From Octopus vulgaris (taxonomy: Eukaryota): 64,000 nt of DNA. The notes under the pieces are model-generated. The model did not search any database. It was given only the letters and a program-made list of their open reading frames with translations, and was not told the origin of the DNA. The stretch is taken from positions 34,782,001-34,846,000 of the forward strand of contig OX597831.1 in assembly GCA_951406725.2 (NCBI GenBank), given 5' to 3'. The position numbers and the translations under genes were made by a program. This document shows, one piece after another, positions 14,423-26,275 of this stretch (position 1 is its first letter; each line of letters opens with the position of its first letter).

Positions 14423-16093
14423 CAAATCTATTTGGCTTGATTGCCAGCATTTCAAAAATTAAAGTTTGTCTAAAATTATAAAATTTGGCACATTAATATA
14501 CTTTTCCAAGCTGAATTGTTGGAGTTATTTTACTTTTTCCAGAAAAATGTTTTTAAAAAGTTATAGATGTTTAAAGCTTGATCATTTTCACCCAGTCAGG
14601 AAACAGAATTTGTGCGTGACTGCACATTTTGTCAACAACCTGAAAATAGCACATGTTAAGAAAGAGTCTTTTGTAGTTCCAAGCACTGCGATAGCATGAA
14701 CTTAGAATATTTAAACGAAAACGTTATTTAGCTGTTATTTTTAGCACACTTCACAACTACTTAAGTGACAGAAAGAAATGAGTAAACAACACACAATTTG
14801 TAGTTTTAATCATTCAATATGCATTTAATGCAATAGCATGAACTGGTATGAAAACTGTGATTTGTTTGAGAAATTGATTGAATGTATTTCTTTCATTTTT
14901 AATTTAAAAGATATTTTGTAATGTGTTGCTTATTGCATGCTTAAATGTTTTTTTAAGCATATTTTTTACTCATTTTCATAAAATAAATACACAGATAGGA
15001 ATCTACCCTAGAAGAGAGAGTGCCACAGTGTCATTTATTACCTTGCTTCACAGAGGCCCATGTACTCTCCACTTGTTGAGTGTGGGTACCATCTTTCGGG
15101 TTAACAAATCCAGTGCTGTGATTCATCATTCTATGCTCAAAACTGTAACCATCAATTTCAGGAATGTGAGAGCACACCCTCCACAAATCGCTGAAAACTG
15201 TGGCTCCTGGAAGAATCGAGTGACATATGCATTCTTCCAGTGTGTCATGATTCTGACGTGGCACCACATACAGAAAATCCTGTCTGGTCTCGTGACACAG
15301 TCCTCTGAAAACCCACTGCACAGGTAGGACCCTTCCTCAGCTGTACTTGCATCTTGAGAAAACTGTTTCGTCAATCTCAACAATCTTCCCAGGACCACCA
15401 ACTTGAACTGGATGATGGAGCAAGTCCTCCGCACATATTTCCCTAACATAGCTGTTATAATCAACAGCTGTGCTAAGGTTCATCCCCAGTTCTTCAACAC
15501 AAAACCAGACAGAAGTCAATTCCTTAACCCATGAGTAAAGGAAAAGCACTAGAGTCCTAAGAGGAAAGGTACCATGTTCAAACCACGTGTCTTCCCTCTC
15601 TGACAGGCTCCATGCATTCTTGGTGCTAGCATTGCCAGTACACATAACATGCTTCTTCCTTTTACATAATTTTCTTTTGGGTATGACACCCTTTTCTTGT
15701 AGGTACGATACAGTATCATCCTGTGTTCTTAGTGTCTCCAACACAGAAACAAGGTTACCTGAGCTTGCTGCCATAATCAAACAGTAAAATTTCCAACAGA
15801 ACACAGTGTCAAAAAGTGGTCTCAATATATGTGTCAACACATGTTTTCTGGCAGACAAAAGAGTTCTCATGTTCCACTTGTTATTATGGAAACAGGTATG
15901 AATGTATCTGTGGCTTACAATTGGCTAAAATTGCCCCAAATTTTCAAACTTTAATTGCTATTAACTCTTTATTTATTGATTTATAGCAAAAATGATTTTC
16001 ACATCATTTATCAGCCTATAAAAGCGTATCAGTACACTGAATATGAAATCAATTCGAACAGAATTGATGTGGCAGCCAAATCAAATATATCCC
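14423..16093 (-). mobile_element. Merlin-superfamily (IS1016/IS1595-like) DNA transposon, decayed; ends approximate
   Basis: Contains the transposase listed next. Degenerate terminal inverted repeats (aatctatttggcttgattgcc at ~14425-14445 vs ggcagccaaatcaaatatatc at 16071-16091, 15/21 match) and a subterminal inverted block aattaaagtttg (~14457) / caaactttaatt (~15945). No clear TSD. Confidence 0.7.
14953..15774 (-). pseudogene. Merlin/ISXO2-like DDE transposase pseudogene (two in-frame TGA stops)
   Basis: ORFs 15337..15870 and 15031..15321 share one frame. Motifs: EDTWFE, VGGPGKIVEIDET, KYS*GRVLPVQWVF, ILPGATVFSDLW, NHSTGFVNPKDGTHTQQVESTW, K*HCGT...DSYLC. These are hallmarks of DDE_Tnp_IS1595 transposases. 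Confidence 0.9.
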
Positions 16094-17023
16094 AAATATC
16101 CTATAATATATAAGCGCATGTATTCATTTAAGCATCACAACACCACCAGGTGTAAAAACATCGGTGCTGTTGCAAAAAGCATAACTTAGCAATTCAACAA
16201 ATAGACATTGATAAAATAATCCCCCAACTGAAATGCATATGGTGGGTGGGATTGGTGGGGAATCAATGTAACTGATTAAAAACCTTTGAAATGACAAACA
16301 AGTAAAAAAAAAAATTAATAGTTGCTTGTTGTGTAGAAATAGCAGTCAAATTATATCTAACAACTTTAAAAGAGAGACGGCAACATTACATAATGTATTC
16401 TTAGATACATTTATGTATGTAGAACAAAAAGTGAAGGTGGTCCCTGCAAGAACAACTGACCATAGGTCTGCTCAATCAAGTTTTATTTAGAGTTAAGCAA
16501 ACAACCAACCAAGAAGTCCAAGCAAAGATTCTACAATTATTTAAAAACAACTCATTGTGACTAATAATGTTTAGTTTCCTTATGCAATAACATAAGTGCT
16601 GCTTAAAATAAAGTCATACAATGAAAATATTAGCTTTATAAGTAGGCCATATTGAAGTGCACACATATTTCCTTGCAATATTGCAGCAGCTGCTTGCTAG
16701 CTTGCAGCAATGTCCAAATATTGTGGTTGGTAGTAGGAAAAGTACTCATTGGTAAAAACACTTCACATGGATGTTGCAATGCAGGTTTCATCAGCTTAGT
16801 TCAGTAAAATGGCAATTCTAACTGGACAGGTCATTGGAACTCAATGTAGTTGAAAAATTAAACAAACAAAAGAAAAAGAAAAGGATAACAGCAGACTTGA
16901 TGGCATCAATATGTTATTGTGATGTATAGTGGTTTCAATTTCTTTTACTGCATGACATCATCATTTAGCCTGGGTTACAAGAATAAACATGTATATAGAA
17001 AGAGTTGGTCTGGCACTTTAAAT

Positions 17024-17425
17024 CAGTGCCCCGCAGCCTTTTTTCGCTTGCGGTACGCTTATATTTTTTCAAAATTCAGTATCACACCTGAACTAAAAAT
17101 ATAACTAAAAGTATAAGGAGAAAAAAAAATCATATTCAGGTTACACTGCAGCACACTAACCATCATCTTGTGACACACCAGTGTGTTGTGACATACCTAT
17201 TTCTTTACTACCCACAAGGGGCTAAACACAGAGATATCAAAGGACAGACAAACGGATTAAGTCGATTATATCGACCCCAGTGCGTAACTGGTACTTATTT
17301 AATCGACCCCGAAAGGATGAAAGGCGAAGTCGACCTCGGCAGAATTTGAACTCAGAACGTAAAGACAGATGAAATACCGCTAAGCATTCCGGCCGGCGTG
17401 CTAACGTTTCTGTAGTGGAGCACTG
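17024..17425. mobile_element. hAT (Charlie-like) MITE containing a family B SINE (~17198-17411, minus)
   Basis: TIRs cagtgccccgc / gtggagcactg (9/11 match) and 8-bp TSD ctttaaat / ctttagat. Confidence 0.75.
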
Positions 17426-18789
17426 CTTTAGATTGCCATTAGGTTTTACTTAGAGAACAAACAGTGCCCATGATACTAGAAAGTTCTCTCATGACCAGCA
17501 AGCCCAATATAGCTGATGTCTAACCTAAACATCTGTTAGTCAATGACTGCATGAAATTTTGGGACAGGGAAGGAACCAGAGAATTCAGTGAAAAATGCTC
17601 ACAACAGAGTAAACGCTGCAAAAAGCAAGGAGGTGATGTAAAATGCAGTAACAAGTAAAGCCTGCCAACCAAATGACATTTTGCCACTATGGTACAAAGA
17701 ATCTACTGACAGTAATTTCTTATCTAAGAATAAAAATTCTAAGTAACAACAGCATCCAATCTCACATTATCCACTATTTTGACTATTACTACTACTACAA
17801 GACATGTCAAAGGAAAAAGACAAGTGTTTTCTTCTCCACAGAAACCGCACATAAATATACAGATGATGTATAAAAGAATATATAGTGGTTAACACAACAT
17901 AGATAATACCATAATTGTAAACATGTTATCTTAAAGAAATCAACGATATAAGAGAAAAATCAAGGCAACAAAAAAGAAGTAAAGCTAAAATGTCACCAGA
18001 GTAAAATTGTTGAAATGGAATTTTTAGTTACAGTGAAATATGTGACATCAGCGTGCAACAAAATAATTTATGTCTGGATTTGAACTATTGACCTTACAGT
18101 CAGTAATCCAGTTACCATGGTGCATGCAGCATTACATGTGTACTCTTAAATACGTGATGCACATACCTAAGCCATTTCACACTGAGAGACGGAAACTGTA
18201 GCCTCTTTTCTCTCCATCTCATGTTTACACTCACACACGCACACACACACAAAACCCAGACAACTACAGTGTCTCACATTGATGTTAATTAGCAAATATT
18301 GTTAGCAGAGAACATTTAGATGCTATCCTACTAATGGAATTTCATTAATGTAGTTACAATGACCTTGTTTGTGTCTCATCAGATTGGACTATTTAAAATA
18401 TAAGCAAGAGAAGAAAAAAGTAAAAGAGAAAAACCTGAAGCTGATGCCTGCCCTCTGCAATCAATATTAGGAGCATTAACTGTAGTAATTTTAATAAAAC
18501 AAATTCACAAGAAACAGCTTTATCTTTACATACTTTCCTTTGATGTTTGGTGCTTGCTTTTATATATATGTATGAATGAATGAATGCATATATTTTATTT
18601 TTGCCCTGTTATGACAGCTTACTTCATAATATATCTTGGTCAAATTGCTGTGACACACCTCCAAAAGTAGTATTTTGTCTATACTTGCAAGGGGGTGGGA
18701 GAAAGGAAGAGTGGGGTATTTAAAATAAAGTATTGTCGATGCCAAAAGTAGTACAGTTACTCTCCTTTAATAATAAGATAAAGTAGTAA

Positions 18790-19165
18790 CAATGATAATG
18801 AGGGGGCACAGTGAACAGCCCTCATTTTGGCCCTTATCTTGCATCAAGAATCAGGTCATGCCATTTGAGGAAAGACATCGAATTCTTGCTGTTTCATTAT
18901 ACTTGGTTGCATAGAAGGGTGACTGCGATAAAATGTTAAACTAGCTGGAGATTGGCAGAATGATATCCTGATAGCAGTCATTTATCAGATCAAATGACAG
19001 AAGTAGGTACAAAGAGAGGTGACAGTGTGTAGGCTTGTAGCAGTGCATGGACATAGACTAATCTGATTTGTAAATAGTTTCAGAAGAGATTGCTGTGTAG
19101 TAAGTACTTATATCAGGCATATGTAACCAAAATCTTTGAGAAGAAAGCTTACATGGGGTTGGGGC
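18790..19165 (-). mobile_element. L2/CR1-like LINE 3' fragment
   Basis: Resembles the 3' part of the 11870-13440 element (LQSL...SL...Y region); heavily decayed. Confidence 0.4.
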
Positions 19166-19394
19166 AAACAAAGCATAAATTCAGTCAAAAGTTTTAGTTG
19201 ACAGCAATATTAGCTTTATTGTTAACAAAAAAATCTGATTTAAACAATTTTGATTTTAAGTGTCAGTGGATAACTATAAGAGTGGTTCTATGGTAAAGAC
19301 AATGTACAAAAATGTATTATACCAAAAAAAAAAAAAAAAAAGTCAAAATTAATAATGAATTCAATGAAATGGTCATTATAACCACTGAGACATT

Positions 19395-19900
19395 AACATT
19401 GCTGAATTTGAGGGCTTTATATGCAGAGGATATTGTAGAATCTGTAGAAGATTTAGGAACATTTTCAAAACCTGAAAGGATGATTAAGAGTCAAAAGGTC
19501 TCAAAGACTATTTGGCAAAAATGAAATCATTTTTTTAGTAACACAAGCAAGAAGACATAAATGCCAGGAGAAAGATTTTACTCGATTTGTAGTTTGGGAG
19601 TTGGTAATAATTCAGAATTGTGTATTCCATGCCAGTAATGAAGATACACAGGTGAAACGTAACCTGTATTTCACAAAGATGAAGCTAATACTTTAAACAC
19701 AGAAGACAGAGAGAATTTAACGAGGAAAAACTCAAGGCATTTACTATGCTAAGTGACAATTAGTGCTTGATGAAACCACATTGAAATTATAGTGGTGAGT
19801 GAAGTTCTGGCAAACTATAAGCAAAAAGTAGAGTCTCAGGAAAGATGAAGCATGTGCAGAGGAAGTGTGATGCTAAATGATAAGTAAAACGAGTATCAAG
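19395..19900 (+). mobile_element. RTE-clade LINE reverse transcriptase fragment
   Basis: LYAEDIVESVEDL resembles LYADDIVLxAESxEEL, followed by a GL...KT-like block; decayed. Confidence 0.5.
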
Positions 19901-19907
19901 AGATGTC

Positions 19908-20320
19908 ATTGTTATTTAATGTTCACTTTTCTATGCTTACATGGTCAGACAGAATTTGTGCAGGCAGATTTTCTATAGACGGATGCCCTCCCTGTTGCCA
20001 ACCCTCATTTGTTTACAAGTGAGGTAATATTTTTCCATAGCCAGAGAGGTTCCAATGGGCTTTCAATGGAACAACAACACTTGTATGAATGATGCACATT
20101 TACAACCCTCACATGATGTCAAGACACTGGTACACTCAAACATACATAATTTGTGACAGGCTTCTTTTCATTTTCTGTCTAACAAATCCACTCACAAAGC
20201 TTTGGTCAGCCTGGCACAAAAAGAGAAGACACTTGCTCAAGGTGCTGCACAGTGGGACTGAATCCAAGATCACATGGTTGAGAAGCAAGCTTGTTAACCA
20301 CAAAGCTGAATCTGTGCCTT
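19908..20320 (-). mobile_element. Family D SINE: family A tRNA head joined to a 3' module shared with family C
   Basis: Head matches family A; tail is ggttggcaacagggagggcatc...ccatg...aagcatagaaaagtg...gttaaa. Further copies at ~3430-3940, 26315-26550, 34980-35345, 36000-36262, 36722-37285, 44933-45300 and 45628-45975. Confidence 0.7.
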
Positions 20321-20984
20321 TTATAAGAATCTACAGAATATAATTATTTTTCCATTTCAAATTTAAAACTTTAAAAAGTCAAAGGATTAAGGGCAAATGT
20401 TTTTGCAATTGGTTTGTAGAAAGAGTTGTGTCAAAGCCATCACACCCCAACCCCAAGACCAGAAAGGCTTTTTACAGTTAATGTTGTTCTTAAAATTAAT
20501 TTATAGAAATGTCTGTTAATAATTTACAGATTACTTAGATCAAGTGAACATTATATCACAGCTGTCCTTGATAAATATGGCTATTTCCCACAATAAATTA
20601 CATTAAAAAAAAATTACTTTATTAAGTCACTTCAAATGTAATTAATAAAGACTAAGAAAAACATGTTGAAAGAGCTCAAGAGAGGAATGTTAAGCCTATC
20701 CAACTTAACGAGGTTATCAAAAAGTAAATCAAAATTTTAAATCTAGCATAATCCATTTTAAATCTTTCAAATGGTAATGATATTAAAAAGAACCAACAAC
20801 ATATCTGCCCCTTATTTTCCTACCATCACTTTATCCTTTTGTTACCGTATTTCTGTTAAAAACAATGTCTTATGGCCAGATACTCTTTCTGTCGTCAATT
20901 CTCACCAGTTTCCAAATAAGGTAATATTTCTCCATGACCAGACATTTTCACAGAAGATTAGAAATGAAGGGCATTCATTTACAC

Positions 20985-21572
20985 CAGTGGTTCTCAACTA
21001 TGGTCCAAATGACCCCTAAGGGTTCATATAAAATTTTGATTGGGTCCATGCAAGCAAAATAACAAGCTGGGGAGCCACAGTGGTATTTTAAGGATCCATG
21101 AAAAATTTTAATTAAGATGTATTTACTGCAACAAACAGCCAGGTTTCTTTCTCTAATGTTACAGAGTTTAACCTTTTGGCATTCAGATTTTTATATCAAA
21201 TTAATACTTATACATCCACACTGTTTTCAATTAATCATGCATTATATTGCAGCTTTGAGATTTTGATGATGTGACTATCTTTAGAATGACATTGTAGTAC
21301 AGGTGTGAGTGACCAGATCTGGCTAGTTTGAACATAAAACAAAAACATTTAGGCCGAATTGCTTAAGGGGCAATATGTTTTTGGTCACTGAAATATGTTT
21401 TCCAACAGTGTACATGTGCAAACTTACATAAGTTTATGCATGAAAAACAAATAGGAATTTGGAAAGAAGTATCAATAAATCTAGTTTTTAAATATTGAAT
21501 GCCTATGGGGGTCCACAAGAACAAAACAGTAATAAAAGGGGTCCACCAATAAAAAGTGGTTGAGAACTACAG
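20985..21572. mobile_element. hAT (Charlie-like) non-autonomous element
   Basis: TIRs cagtggttctcaac / gttgagaactacag and a perfect 8-bp TSD atttacac at 20977-84 and 21573-80. Confidence 0.85.
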
Positions 21573-22050
21573 ATTTACACCTATTGTGTGGTATCAACTC
21601 AAGTAGACAGAGAGAGACACATTTATATACATATTTAAATATGCTATGAGCTTCTTTCAGTTTCTCCTTACCAAATCCATGCATATGGCTTTCATTGGTT
21701 CAGGGTTATAACAGAAGACGTTTAGCCATGGTATGAACTAGTGAGACTGGACCCAAAACCATGAGGTTGAGAAGCAAACTTTCTTACCTCACAGTCACAC
21801 CTGTACTTTTTGATTAACATTGAAAATAAAGAATTTAATAAATTATCTTTTAAATGGTGTTTAAAACAAATTTACATGAAATTTTAATGCTAAGTTTTAA
21901 TTTAGATCACTTTACACAGGAAGTTTATATCACAAAACCATAGGTGATTTCAGCCAGGATAGTAACAGAAGGATAATGTATTTCATCCAAGTCTGTTTCT
22001 ATGGAAAAAATGCAATTTTAATAGGTTTTTTTCTTGGAAATGTACACTTA

Positions 22051-22860
22051 GGAGTGGCTGAGTGGTAAGTAGCTTGCTTATGAACCACATGATTCCGGGT
22101 TCAGTCCCACTGCGTGGCATCTTGGGCAAGTGTCTTCTACTATAACCTTAGGTCAACCAAAGCCTTATGAGTGGATTTGGTAGACGGAAACTGAAAGAAG
22201 CCCGTCGTATATATGCATATATATATATATGTATGTGTGTGTATATGTTTGTGTGTGTGTTTGTCCCCACAACATCGCTTGACAACCGATGCTGGTGTGT
22301 TTACGTCCCTGTAATCTAGCGGTTTGGCAAAACAGACCAATAGAATAAGTATTAGGCGAAGGCGGCGAGCTGGCAGAAACGTTAGCACACCGGGCAAAAT
22401 GCATAGCCGCATTTCGTCTGCAGTTTCGTTCTGAGTTCAAATTCCGCTGAGGTCGACTTTGCCTTTCATCCTTTTGGGGGTCGATAAATTAAGTACCAGT
22501 TACGCACTGGGGCCGATATAATCGACTTAATCCGTTTGTCTGTCCTTGTTTGATATCTCTGTGTTTAGCCCCTTGTGGGTAGTAAAGAAATAGGTATTTT
22601 GTCTGCCGCTACATTCTGAGTTCAAATTTATCAATCCTTTCAGGATCGATAAATTAAGTACCAGTTACGCACTGGGGTCGATTTAATCCCTTTGTCTGTC
22701 CTTGTTTGTCCCCTCTGTTTAGCCCCCTGTGGGCAATAAAGAAATAAGAATAAGTACTAGGTTTACAAAGAATAAGTCCTGGGGTCAGTTTGCTCCACTA
22801 AAGGCGATGCTCCAGTATGGCCACAGTCAAATTACTGAAACAAGTAAAAGAGTAAAAGAA
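22051..22860 (+). mobile_element. tRNA-derived SINE, family A, split by a family B SINE insertion
   Basis: A-box-like TGGCTGAGTGG and B-box-like GGGTTCAGTCCC, then ttgggcaagtgtcttctactata and a (TA)(TG) linker. Other copies at ~1000-1690, 8040-8400(-), 38140-38480 and 39470-39665(-). Confidence 0.85.
22357..22746 (+). mobile_element. SINE family B with a duplicated 3' part, inserted in family A
   Basis: ggcggcgagctggcagaaacgttagc...gagttcaaattcc...gtcgactttgcctttcatcc...aagtaccag. Flanked by a 15-bp TSD agaataagta(t/c)tagg at 22342-56 and 22747-61. Confidence 0.85.
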
Positions 22861-25658
22861 TATATTCCTTCAGCAGAATTCTACTACTCCTCCTCCCCCA
22901 CTTCACATTCATAGTTTTACTCACAGGAAATAATTCTTGGACATTTAGTTTCTAGGGAATCCTCCGGATTCTCAATATGGGTGGTACCACTCCCAAACCC
23001 TCCAAGAGGAGAGGACACTGTGAAGGTTAAAAGCTTATACAATCCATCTTTTGAGTAAAATTTATAAATTATTATCCATGTTAAGTTAGTTTAGTCATGA
23101 TCCCACACTCGCCATTAAGGCTTAACAACTACTTAAAAGGGGCCACAAAAAAAAAAAAAAGGGTTAAGAACCACTGCTGTATACTTAGTCAAACTAGCAA
23201 TATAAATCCATCATATCCTTACCAAGAAATATCTCGCACACCCACCCATGCCACACAAGAGAGAGAGAGGATATGAATGATTATGAAGTCCAAATTCACT
23301 TAGTTACAACAACTTAAGGAATTTTAAGTATAGAGGATTTTCCCACCTCCTGATATATATCTAGCACAGTCTTAAATGGAGAGAGCATGAGAAGATTAGC
23401 TGCTAAATCATATTAATTTTGCTTGAACAGCTTACAGTTCAAAATAAAATTGAATAATTCAGCAAATGGAAGGAGGGGAGGTGGCTCACAAAAATCCCAG
23501 AAGAATACAGCAAGGGAAAAGGTTTATGTAGTAAGTTTGGTAAGATGGCGAAAATGTGAAGCTACTATATACAATCAGCATCAAATAGAGGTTTAGTTGA
23601 GGTCAGAAAATATACAAGCATGGAAGGCGCCAAATTCAGGGTAATGAAGGGGAAAAGACTAAAGACAGAGCTCAAAGAGTATCAGTTCCATATTGAGAGA
23701 AAGGTTAAGGTGTTTTAAAAGAGTCTAAGAGTTTTTACTTTCTTTTTCTGAATTGTTGTCTAATTACCATATTCCATGGCATATAAGACATTTTACCAAA
23801 ATACTTTCTCTCTAAAAAGAAAAACAAAATCCCACACTGGCTCCTATATGCAAAGTGAAGCCCATAAGACATACTTTAACCCTTTAGCATTTAAACAGGT
23901 CAAATGCATCCAAAATATTTTATCTGTTTTATGTCCAAACTAACCGGATTTGGCATATCACACCTACTCTACAATGTCATTCTAAAAAAAAAAACACAAT
24001 CACAGTATCAAAATCTCAAAGCTATGAGATAATGCATAATTAATTCAAAACAATGTGAATAAATAAACATTGCATTCAGAATGCAATCAGAATGCACAAA
24101 AAAAACTTTTTCCCCTGAATGTGCATTGCTGAAATTGAGATGCATCTAACATGTCTGTGCATCTTTTATGCCACCAAATACAATACGTAAATCACACATA
24201 TTACACCAGTCTACGCCAAAGCTACTACCATTCCCTTATGAAACCTTTGAGAAAGCTTAGGAAACTAAAATAATTTAAACTCCAAGAATTCATGCAAATA
24301 ACATGCCCAACTTACAAGAGAGTTGAGGAGAGTATGAAACAACCACATTAATGTACTTACTTCCTACTAGATACATTCTACTCAATTTTACATTATATTT
24401 ATTTTCAGTACAAAGAAACCCAGTTTTTGATTAACTGAAATAAAGCATAATACTGCTTATTAAAAAAGTTACAATGAATTTCTAATAATTCTTTGTCATA
24501 AAAATAAAAACCATCACAAGCGGTTTGGCTGACATGGCAAACTTGAAGTACAGATTGTTGATCAGCCTACGCCATTTCCATTATCTAATTTTTACCTCCT
24601 ACTATCATAGATACCAAGTACAACAACTTCAAGTATTTCTGTAGTATTGTTGCTGTCCTAAGTACTATTTAGCAATTTTCCTCTATTGCAAACCAAGTCT
24701 TGTAAAGTTAACACTTTGGGTTTGATTTATGGCAGGGAGTGAAATTTTTGTCAACATAAAAGAATATATACAGCTGTTAACAAAGGCATAGCCTCGTAAG
24801 AGCTTTTTTTTCAGTATGCATGTGTCATGTCGCTATTTAAAACTGCATGGAAGCTCATCACGCACTCATGTGCATTTGTGTGCGCACACATGTGAATGTT
24901 GACATTCCTTATATATGTTACTGGCTGCTTTGTGATTTCAAACACTGGCAGAATAAAAGACCCCATACTTGAAAACCAGTCAAGGGTTTGCAACAGGAAG
25001 GGCATCCAGTCTCAAAATGCTGCCTTAAATAATCACATCTAACTCATACTAGCATTGAAAAACGGACAATAAACAAACGAAATATTTTGACCCTTTATGC
25101 ACTAAGATTTATTTCAAGCTTCTAAATCCAATGAGATCTCTCAGGATCAAGTGTTAGGAGATTAAATTGTAATGCTGAAAACGAAAAAAGGATATAATTC
25201 TTCATACGAACTCCCCAATAAACACTGTTATAACCTACATCAGATCAATATTCCATTTTAAAGTAAATTCAGTGCTGTTGCTAGAATATTTTTGCCTTAT
25301 GTTGTCAAATTTTGTATGCTGGGATATGCTTATCAGGTCTACAAGACACTGTACTACAAATGTCCCCTGATCTTATTCCATGTTAGGGGAACACTGAACT
25401 CTCACACATGACCTCAGTAAATCTTCAATATTTTGTTAAATTCTTTATTTTCAAGGTTAACTAAACGAAAAAGTGCAGATGAGGCTGTCTGATAAAAAGC
25501 TTGCTTCCCTACCACAAGGTTTCAGGTTCAGTCCTACTGCATGGCACCTTAAGCAAGTGTCTTCTACAATAGCCCTAAACCAAGGTCTTGTGGATAGGTT
25601 TGGGAGACAGAAATTGAAAGCCCTATTGTGCATATGTGTGTGTGTGTGTATGTGTGGT

Positions 25659-26275
25659 TAAGGCGCATGGCTTTGTGGTTAAGGTGTTCCACTCATGATT
25701 GCGAGATCATGGGCTTGATTCCCAGACTGGGCGTTGTGTTCTTGAGCAAAGCAATTCATTTCACAGAGCTCTGTAATCATTTTGACATCAGACATGTAGC
25801 ACCTGCTACACTTGTACAGGTAATGTCAATCTCATGGAGGAAGTGAGCTTATGTGTACACAAACATTTGATCACTATAAACAAATCATCTGTGCGGTGGC
25901 TTGGCAAGAAATTGTTGAACCCTCATCTAACAACGGGAGAGTCCATCATATATATATATATATGTAAAGGTATTGCACCCAGAAAGTTCCCCACCGAGGC
26001 AGAAGTTCAGGTAAGGTTCTTTGTGGAAGACCATCAGTTATCCATTCATACCAATCTCGCCTCTCCATATAACCAATGTTGTTCAAGGCAAAAGCAAATG
26101 CTAATAGAGCTGAGTATCAGTGATGCTGCAACTCATTTCTACAGCTGACTGAACTGGAGCCACATGAAATAAAGTGTCTTGCTCAAGAACAAAACCACAC
26201 AGCCTGGTTCAGGAACTGAACTTACAACCTCACGATTGTAAGTTCGACGCTCTAACCAGAGCTATGTGCCTTCAC
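25659..26275. mobile_element. Two convergent copies of another tRNA-headed SINE (family F)
   Basis: + copy from 25659 (ggcgcatggctttgtggttaagg...gtgttcttgagcaaagcaattcatttcac) and - copy ending ~26275 (...gttcttgagcaagacactttatttca). Another - copy at ~61650-61945. Confidence 0.6.

Noticed and set aside
14923-15464. ORFs 14923..15327(+) and 15126..15464(-)
   Set aside because: Shadow frames of the Merlin transposase.
14423-16093. Bacterial IS1595 contamination or a recent bacterial transfer
   Set aside because: The motifs fit eukaryotic Merlin elements, the flanks are host repeats, and the element shows host-type CpG decay.
22051-22125. tRNA gene (also at other SINE heads)
   Set aside because: The A/B boxes belong to multi-copy SINE heads; no complete cloverleaf or terminator.
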